Under the pieces are notes generated by a model. It did no database searches. It was not told where the DNA came from and saw only the letters and a program-made list of their open reading frames with translations. The translations under genes were made by a program, and so were the position numbers. This document shows, one piece after another, positions 8,746 to 17,600 of a stretch of DNA of 30,396 nt (positions are counted from its first letter, which is position 1; every line of letters begins with the position of its first letter). Source of the stretch: a virus (Duplodnaviria; Caudoviricetes); IMG/VR virus record IMGVR_UViG_3300032219_000225, positions 1 through 30,396 of that record, one strand, 5' to 3'.

Positions 8746-9153
8746 ATGCCTTTGCATCACGTTCACCCTAACCACCTCCCAGTTGTATGGCCTGTTGCTC
8801 TACCCCTCCTTAAAAAAGCAATGGACTTAGAGCCGGGTTCACACAGCGAGCAGTTTATTGAATACAGTATCAGAACAGGTAAGACGCATTTGTTGGTATG
8901 GGAAGAACCCGGTGAAGGCATAACCGGTGCTTGCACAATTGAGTTCATTGACTACCCGATGGAGCGCATTGGGCATGTGAACTTGATGGGTGGTAAAGGA
9001 ATTGTCAGAGACTACGTGTTTGATGAAGCCAAAGAATTTATGCGGCTCAACGGTGCAAAAAAAGCCCAATGTTGGGCAAGAGGCTCCCTTGTTGAGATGT
9101 ACAAGAAAATGGGTATGGAAAACACCCACCAAGTAATGAGGATTGAATTATGA
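8746..9153 (+). CDS. GNAT-like virion assembly protein (position and size like P22 gp14 / T7 gp13)
   Basis: 135 aa; V.LMGG, GA....C.AR.S...MYKKMG pattern; located among the ejection genes. Confidence 0.65.
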   Translation: MPLHHVHPNHLPVVWPVALPLLKKAMDLEPGSHSEQFIEYSIRTGKTHLLVWEEPGEGITGACTIEFIDYPMERIGHVNLMGGKGIVRDYVFDEAKEFMRLNGAKKAQCWARGSLVEMYKKMGMENTHQVMRIEL

Positions 9154-11663
9154 AGCGCAGCTACTCTCGTCGTGAGTTATACGCATTGGGCGAACCGCTC
9201 GGTGATTCTGCGACCTATCGCAAAGTTGGTGGCTTAGTCCTTGGTGATGGCGGTGGCGGTGGTGGCAGCGCACCTCCTCCTGACAAACAAACAACCGTAA
9301 CAGAACTGCCTGAATGGGCGCGTCCGTACGCTAAAGATGTCTTAGCCAAAGGCGCTGCTCTTACTGATATTAATCAAAATCCATATCAAACATATGGCGC
9401 AAACCGTATTGCTGGGTTTTCACCCCTTCAACAGATGTCGTTCCAAGGCGCTGCCAATATGCAACCTTCCCAACAATTGGGAACTGGTACAGACCTAGCC
9501 ACAGCCGCAGGTATCGGCGCATTAGGTACAAATTATCAAGCCGGTCGATTTGGCGGAGGTATGTTTGGTCAGGACGCAGCCGACTTCTACATGAACCCCT
9601 ATCAGCAAAATGTCACCGACATTGGTAAACGCGAAGCTGCTCGGCAATCTCAAATTCAAGGTACACAACAACAAGCTCAAGCCACTCAAGCCGGTGCTTT
9701 TGGTGGTAGTCGGGACGCCATTATGCGGGCAGAACGTGAGCGTAATCTTGGTCAGCAGATGTCTGATATTCAAGCTCAAGGCTCAAATGCAGCGTTTACA
9801 AATGCTCAACAACAATTCAATGCCGATCAAGCCCGTCGGATGCAGGCACAACAACTGGGTGAGCAGTCACGCCAATACGGTGCTGGTCTGGGTATGCAGG
9901 GGTTGCAGACTGCTCTACAAAGCGCAGGTCAACTTGGTCAGTTAGGTGGTCAGCAGTTCCAACAAGGCATGGACATTAACAAGTTGCAAAGCGCGTACGG
10001 CGGTCAGATGCAGCAACAAGCCCAGCGTCCTTTGGATCAAGCTTATCAAGATTTCCTGAACCAACAGAACTACCCGTATAAACAGTTGGGCTTCATGTCA
10101 GACATGATCCGTGGCCTGCCGCTGGGTCAGAAATCTACAAGCAGTGTTTACGAGCAAGGCCCGGGCATGGTTCAGACCTTAGCAGGTTTGGGTGGCGCGG
10201 CTTATGGTTTTGGTAAATCAGGACTCTTTGGCAAAGAAGGTGGTCTGATGACCTCCTATGCTGAAGGCGGCGACGTTAAAACATATGCTGGTGACGAAGG
10301 TTCGGTAACAAGCCAACAAAACGTGGAGGGCATCCTCAACAAACTGAGCGATCAGCAGTTGCAGCAGGCTAAAGAATCTGCTTTAAATCGTCGTGATGTT
10401 GAACAAGCTAACATGATTGACGCAGAGATGGCTGAACGTGCCTCGATCCGTGGCGGCTTGGGCGGTGCATTCAATCAAATTCCAGAAGAACGTCAAGAAG
10501 AGATGATGGCTGGCGGCGGTATTGTTGCGTTTGCCCCCGGCGGCACCACATACTTAGATAAAGCAGAAGAAGCACGTAAACAGCAAATGGACTACATTAA
10601 CCAAGCCACTACGCAGCAAACTCCAGAAGAACAAAAAACAAACGTATTGGCGCAACGCGAGGTGATGAAAGACCTGTACGGGCCAAGCATAACGCCAAAA
10701 TATTTGGAAGAAGTAAAAGCAGAACGCACCGCGCTCCCAGAAAAAATGGAAAGCGATAAAGGTCTAGCCTTTGCTATGGCAAGTTTAAAACTGCTAAGCC
10801 GTAAAAAAACAAAGGGTGAAAGCCAAGGCCAACAACTTATCTCTGGATTGGGTGAAGCTGGTGAAGCGTTTGTTGGTGAGGTTGGACGCCTCAAGAAAGA
10901 ACACAAAGAAGCCGACCGCTTACTGCGTCAGTCTGAAATACAACTTGCTACAGCAGATCAGTTGTACAACAACGGCCTGACAGACAAAGCTGTAGCTAAA
11001 GCTGACCAAGCACAGGCATCAAAAGCAAGGGCTGCGGAACTGCACGCTGGTGTTGCAGGCAAAACAGCCGAAATGTACGTTCAACTTGAGAATACAGACC
11101 TCGGTAAAAAAGCCGCTATCAGAGCAGCGGAAATTTCTGCTGGAGCAAGCGAGCGTTCTGCAAGGATATCAGCCGCCAAAGAAACCGATTTACATCGTCA
11201 AACTCGTATCCGCTTCGCTGCGTTGGTTAAACAAGGTAAACCTGCCGACGAACAAACAATGGCGGAAGCCGCTGGAATGGCTGCGGGTGATCTTGGTAAG
11301 TACTCAGGGGTAGACCGAGCAGCAGATGCCAGAGCAGCTTTCTACGACAAAATATCTGACAATGTAGATGCAGGTTTACTTATGGATAGAAAGTACAGGG
11401 AACTGCAAAAAGAAGATAAAAAGACTAATGGTAACGCCGCTCAACAATACCGAGAGCAACGCATTGCAGTGGAAGTGGACAAAGCAAGATCGCAAGGTCA
11501 GCCTACACAAGGACAACCTGCGCCGAATGCACCGGCACAACAGCAAGCAGCCCCCACTGCCGTGCCCACCCTTAACGAATTTTTAGCGGCGGCAAAAAAA
11601 GTAAATCAAGGCGTACCTGATGCGGATTTAATTAAGTACTACAACAACAAATACGGTAGATAA
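9150..11663 (+). CDS. DNA transfer/ejection protein, Gln-rich N-half and helical C-half
   Basis: 837 aa; leader plus poly-Gly, LPEWARPY, YMNPYQQNV, AGAFGGSR and YQDFLNQQNYPYKQL motifs. Confidence 0.75.
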   Translation: MKRSYSRRELYALGEPLGDSATYRKVGGLVLGDGGGGGGSAPPPDKQTTVTELPEWARPYAKDVLAKGAALTDINQNPYQTYGANRIAGFSPLQQMSFQGAANMQPSQQLGTGTDLATAAGIGALGTNYQAGRFGGGMFGQDAADFYMNPYQQNVTDIGKREAARQSQIQGTQQQAQATQAGAFGGSRDAIMRAERERNLGQQMSDIQAQGSNAAFTNAQQQFNADQARRMQAQQLGEQSRQYGAGLGMQGLQTALQSAGQLGQLGGQQFQQGMDINKLQSAYGGQMQQQAQRPLDQAYQDFLNQQNYPYKQLGFMSDMIRGLPLGQKSTSSVYEQGPGMVQTLAGLGGAAYGFGKSGLFGKEGGLMTSYAEGGDVKTYAGDEGSVTSQQNVEGILNKLSDQQLQQAKESALNRRDVEQANMIDAEMAERASIRGGLGGAFNQIPEERQEEMMAGGGIVAFAPGGTTYLDKAEEARKQQMDYINQATTQQTPEEQKTNVLAQREVMKDLYGPSITPKYLEEVKAERTALPEKMESDKGLAFAMASLKLLSRKKTKGESQGQQLISGLGEAGEAFVGEVGRLKKEHKEADRLLRQSEIQLATADQLYNNGLTDKAVAKADQAQASKARAAELHAGVAGKTAEMYVQLENTDLGKKAAIRAAEISAGASERSARISAAKETDLHRQTRIRFAALVKQGKPADEQTMAEAAGMAAGDLGKYSGVDRAADARAAFYDKISDNVDAGLLMDRKYRELQKEDKKTNGNAAQQYREQRIAVEVDKARSQGQPTQGQPAPNAPAQQQAAPTAVPTLNEFLAAAKKVNQGVPDADLIKYYNNKYGR

Positions 11664-11674
11664 AGGGGCTCGGC

Positions 11675-14600
11675 ATGGCGATTATTGACCCGTTTGAAGC
11701 CCAGCAAACGCAACGAAGAGGTATTGTTGATCCCTTTGAGGCGCAGCCTGCCCCGCAAATTGTTGATCCGTTTGCCCCAAAACCTGAGGAAGAAGGGTTC
11801 ATAACTGGGTTAGGTAAATCCATTTACGGCGGCGCAAGAGACACCGGGGGTAGCCTTTACTCTGCTGGTGCTACTGCTGTAGGAGCAAATCAGTCCGTAA
11901 TTGAGTCGGCCCAAGCTGCTGCTGCACGTTCACCAGAGCAAGCCAAGGCACTACAAGCGTACCAAGCTGACATACAAAAACGTAAGCAGGCTGGAGATGA
12001 AGGTCTTTTGGCGGGCATTAAGAACGTGGTGGGGGCTACAGTTGATAACCCCGAAGGCGCTCTACAAATGGTCGTGTCCCAGCTACCTAATACTGCTGTG
12101 GCGTTGGGTGCGGGTGCGGCGGGTGCGGGTACTGGTGCGGCTATAGGTTCTGTAGTTCCCGGTGTAGGCACTGCAATTGGCGGCACAGTTGGGTTCTTGG
12201 TTGGTTTATTTGGCGCAAACACCGCACTTGAGTTAGGCAATAAAGCCCAAGAGAAGGCACGAGACGGTGAGTTTACCGATGCCGAACGCTACGAAGCAAT
12301 GAAAGAGGGCGTCGTCAAAGGGGCGACTATTACTGCTGTTGACGCTGCAACCTTTGGTGCTTCTAAATGGGTTATGGGTACGGCTAACCGAGCGGTAGAA
12401 ACTGCCACGGTGCGTACTATTGAAAGTGCTGGAATTGATGCCGCTAAAGCAACCACTTCTATTAAGGAAGCACAAGCCAAGGCACTGGGAGCAGCCGCTG
12501 GTCAGGGCAAAGAAGCTACTACCGCAGCCGTAGAAAAAGCAACTGTTGAAGCTATGGCTAGAGAGGGACTTACTGACCCCGCACTCGTAGCTTCGATCCG
12601 TCAAGCCCAAGCCAAAGCACTTGAGGGTGTAAATACAGTGGCTAGAAAAGCCGGTCGTGGTGGCGCGGCTCTAGGGTTGGAAAGTACCGGCGAAGGTCTT
12701 GGCGAATACTTAGGTGAGTACGCTGCTACTGGTGAAGCATCGCCAACTGAGGCAGTTCTGGAAGCTTTGGCTGGCCTCTCTATGAGCGTAGCCGAACTGC
12801 ACGGTGCAACAAGGCTTGATAAACCCGGTGCGCTAACAGGCGGCACAAACGCTATTTACTCGCAGTATTCTCGTGCGCTTGATGACCAGTTAAAGGCTGA
12901 AGAAACCAAAGTAACAGAGCAACTGACTGCGCAGTTGGGTAGACCCCCAACAGAGGAGGAACTCAATGCAAAGCTCGACCAACTCTACGGAACACCCGCC
13001 GGTTCTACAGATGTCAGTGGAGGAACTGGAGCTAGCGTTCCAATTCCTAGTGGGGGAGCCCCCGCAGGAGGTACCGCAGGAGCTGGAATACCTGTCGGAG
13101 AAGAACTGGCTACAGATACTGGAGCTGCTGGAGAGGCTGGAGTGGGAAAGAAACCGCAGCTCGGTGCATTAGCTCCCGGTATTACGTTAACGCCCATACC
13201 CTACGAATTCCAATCACAAGCTGGGCAAGGTCAACCTGTTGTAAAAAATGCAGGTGAAAATAACATAATCGACTACAGTGGTAGAAAGATTGTTCTTGCT
13301 GACGTAAACGGCGTTCAAGTGCCGTTCTATTTAAGCACTGGTAGCGGCGGAAAAAAAGATGTGCCTGCCGGTAAGTGGTATCCATTCTTTGGTATCGGCA
13401 GTGACGGCTGGATAAATAAGACCGGCGGCAAAGAGATGGCTGGATACTACGGCAGTGAGGTATTGCGGAACACTGCTTCAATGTTGGACAGCACCATTGG
13501 GGATATTCGTAACGATAGTTCTATACCTAAAGTTGGTAGGACTGGCACGCATATCAACGCAATTAACACTGGTTTTACCCCATCAGAAAACGGAACCGAT
13601 GCTACCGAAACCACGGTGCGTAGCAACATTGCCAATTTGTTAAACCAGATTGACGATAAAGGGCTACTTAACAACGGGTTAGCTGATCTAAAAGCTAAAA
13701 AGGCTGAAGCCAAAAAGATTGCCCGCACTAACTTTGATACTGCACTTGACCAAGTGGGTGAGTATTCTTCTTTGGAGGAAGCATTAGATTCGTACCGTCA
13801 AAATACAATTGATACCCTCATAGACAACGGAGAAAAAAATACCGATGTTCTTGACGCTGCTGGCGATGCGTTTGACAAGATGGTTAGAGAGTATGAAGTA
13901 CCGCAGGAACCTACACCGGCTGCCACCGTCAAAAAGTTTGACCAACTGTCCCCCGCTGAAATAGCGGAGCAAAACAATCTTAAAGCAGAAGTCGCAAAAA
14001 TATCTGATGAGTTAGAGACTCTTGGTGGCGATCCAAACTTTATTAGCGGGATGCGGTTAAATGCACGCAGAGAATCTAAAGTAGTCCTTGATGAAAAAGG
14101 CATGGACTTTTACCGTAGTAAGTTAGAAGAACAACGCCAGTTAAAGGGTAAAGCTCCAGAAAAATTTAGCGAAGAGCGTGGGCTTGGTACGTACTTGCAA
14201 GACAAACCCAAGTCAATTGATAGATACAAAAAGTACGTCACAGGTTCAAGTATTTCTTCTGCATTGGCTAAAGTAAACGCAGCACTCCAAAAATTAACTA
14301 ATTCTCTTAATAATCGCGGGTTTAAAGTTGACGCCATAAACAATGCCACCCCCGATGCCAGCGCAAAAGAAGCCAAGAAACTCCTTTCACAACTTGCTGG
14401 CTCTGCGGAGAGATTGCTTACGAAGCATGAAGCTGTAGCCAAGAACTATAAATCTGCTGACCCAGATGCTGTCAAGGCGGCTGAACGTCAGGTAAACAAC
14501 GACATCAGAGCAATAAATAATTTTCTAGAATCTGAGGAGATGGGTGGGGCGGCGTTTGCTCGCGAAGAGCCCCTGCCGCAGTTGGCGGGTATGCACCCCG

Positions 14601-17600
14601 AGACAGCAACTGCAATCCAAGAGAACGATATCACTGGTGCGTTGCTGGCGATGTCACGTAATACGTCAGGGTTCTTCTCTGATCTTGCCAGACGTTTAGC
14701 AGAACTCAAACTGAAATCTGGTATTAGCTTTGACAACGAGCGCAACTTGGTTCGACGTGCAATTGACCTTAAGACTACACAACAACAAAAGCGTTTATTT
14801 ACATACATACGAGTCACGTACCCAACCTATTACGATAAGTACTTTGAGAACTATGACCGCGAAGAAAACCTTGAAAAAGTTGATGAGGGTTTGCGGGCTA
14901 TTTCTAAATTAAACCTTGGCCCCGTTATCGATGAGTACAACGAGGTACTGGAACAGTACGAAAAGAATATTCCCGGACTCACTGCGCCCGGCGCGTATTT
15001 CCCCCAATTTAATGAAGTCACGTTAAATACCAAGACCCGTACAGGTACGGGTAACCGAGTCATGCTGCATGAGGCTGTGCACGCAGCTACCGTAGCTATG
15101 CTGGCAAAGGACACCACTAAGTTAACGCCAGAACAGCAGCAAGCTGTGCAAGCCTTATGGGACATGTATAGGTACGCCAAAAATGTTTTGCCTCCGGGTC
15201 ATTACGGCATGACAAACATCTACGAATTTGTTTCCGAGGTGTTCACCAATAAAAAATTTCAAGATCAATTAAGAGTCATACCTTACAAGGTAAAAGGTCA
15301 AAAGGGTGGATTTCTTACTGCCTTTATCCAAAAAGTAATGGACTTGTTTGGCATAAACAATCTTGCCTCAAGCGCAATGACTCAAGCGGAAAAACTTTTC
15401 TCTGCGGAAGTACCCAGCACTACTGCTCCATCAGGGCCAAAGTTTGCTAAGGGTAAACGTACTTTAAAACCCAAAGGGCCTGTATCTACTCCAGATACAT
15501 CTCGCACTGCTGAAAGTGTAGCAAGGACTTATATAGACGTAATTAACGACGCCATAAAAGGTCGTACTACTTGGGACGAAGCTCGTAAGGAAATGTCTTC
15601 AACCTTGTGGAGTGCAGAAGGCGGTAACGTCAGGAAGGCCATGCTTGGCTTTTTAAACTTGCGCCAACTTGCCGATTTGACAGCTACAAAGTTCCCGCAA
15701 CTGACCGGTGCAATTAAAGTTATTGAGCAAATGCTTTCATACCGAGGGGCAAAACTTAAACGCGCCGAAAGCACTACAGTTAAATGGATAGCAGCGCAGC
15801 GCAGAGACCCACAGATGTCGGCTTTGATGAGTCGGGTAATGTTGGAAGCAACGATGCGTGGTATCGATCCTGATACTGCTAAAGCAGGCACGCTTAACAA
15901 GCCACTTGAAGATGCATGGAATGCATTAGATAAAGACTTTAAAGAGATCTACCGTGAAGTGCGAGACTTCTACGCCGACTCAGTTAAAGACATGGTGGAC
16001 ACGCTGAAAGAACGTGCAAAGGCACACGGCACACCTACTGAGATTGCACAACGTCTTAAGGATATTGACGCTCAGTTCGGCCCAGATAAATTGGTTAAAC
16101 CCTACTTCCCACTACGTCGTTTTGGCGACCATTGGTTCCAAGTCGGCACAGGTAATTTTAAAGAGTTTTATACATTTGAAAGCCGCTCCACACGCGACTT
16201 GACAATGAATAAGCGCCGTAAAGAACTTATGGCGGGTAATGCGCAGCAGCAAAAAGCAGCAGAAAGTTTATTCGCTGGTAGTGGGACGTCGGATTTGTTT
16301 TCGTCTATGTCTACAACCAAAGTTATTCAAGACGCTCAAAAATTAATAGACAATATCGGTAGCGGATTAAATTTAGCTACTGAGACAGGAGCTTCGGCAG
16401 CAGCAAAGCTCAAAGACGAGATGAAGGATACGCTTAACCAACTGCTGTACATAACACTGCCGCAGACCAGTATGCGTAAGATGTTTATTAATCGTAAGTC
16501 CGTGCAGGGTGCAAGCGAAGACATGTTGCGAGTGTTTGCAACGACCGCCGTACATAGCGCCTATCAGCAATCACGCCTTAAGTATGCAGAAGCATTTTTA
16601 GGTAACTTGGTAAACGCCCGCGAGTACGTTAAGAACTTCCCTTCAGCAAGACAAGCTATATACGACGACTACATAAAAGAAGTAGAAGCACGCACCCAAA
16701 CTATTTTAAGTACTGAAGACACTAGCACCGCAGCAAAGGCGGCGGGTAGGCTATCTGAGGCTACGTTCTATTTCATGTTGTCAGCACCGTTCACCGCAAT
16801 GCTTAACATCATTGGTGCTACCGCCATTGCTATGCCGTACATAGGCGCACGATATGGGTACGCTAAGTCAAACGCTTTGATGCTGAAAAATTTAGGTAAG
16901 TACACAGCTACTGCACCGACTAGAACATTTGCTCCAATGGCAGCGGGTAAATTTCTAGAGGTGCAGTTCCCCTCTATTGTTGAAGGTGGCAAGCTCTCAC
17001 CTATTCTTCAACGTGCGGCGGATTTATTTGTAGCTGACGGTGATATCACTATCTCTCTAACAAACGATATCAACAATTTATCAGAACGCCCATCTGGTTT
17101 GTACACCGGCAATTTTGATAATGTAAAGAAGGTGTTGTCAGGGTTGTTTCACCAATCAGAGCGCTTGAACCGTGAAGTTGTCTTGATGACAACCTTTGAA
17201 CTTGCGTATGAAAAGTTTAGTGATGCAGATAAGACAGATTTACAGGGGGTAATAGAGCGGGATAAAACAACTGGTCAACCTATAAAGTACACCAAAGAAG
17301 AAGCATTTGAAGCGGCTATTGCTGAGTCCCGCGAAATAGCTGGACAAACACTGGGCGACTTTAGCCGACAAATGAAGCCACGGTACTTCACTTCTCCTTT
17401 AATGAGTATTCTGACTAAGTTCAAGCAGTATGCGGTGCTTGCTACATATGTAGTAATGCGTAATCTGTATTTGTCTATTGGTGCGCCATTCTCTAAGAAT
17501 GAACTTAAAGAGTTCCGTGCGCAGTTGGAGAAAGATCTTAAAACTGATCCAGATAAAGATGCAATCGTTAAACAACGTATGGGCGAAATTGAAGGCCAAC

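Noticed and set aside
14534-14542. GAGGAG-ATG as an internal in-frame start in the giant gene
   Set aside because: There is no spacer between the SD-like sequence and the ATG; Glu-Glu-Met codons explain it.
13455-16202. Other same-strand alternative-frame ORFs inside the giant gene (13455, 14730, 16014)
   Set aside because: No SD plus ATG, and the main frame is well structured there, unlike at 12966.
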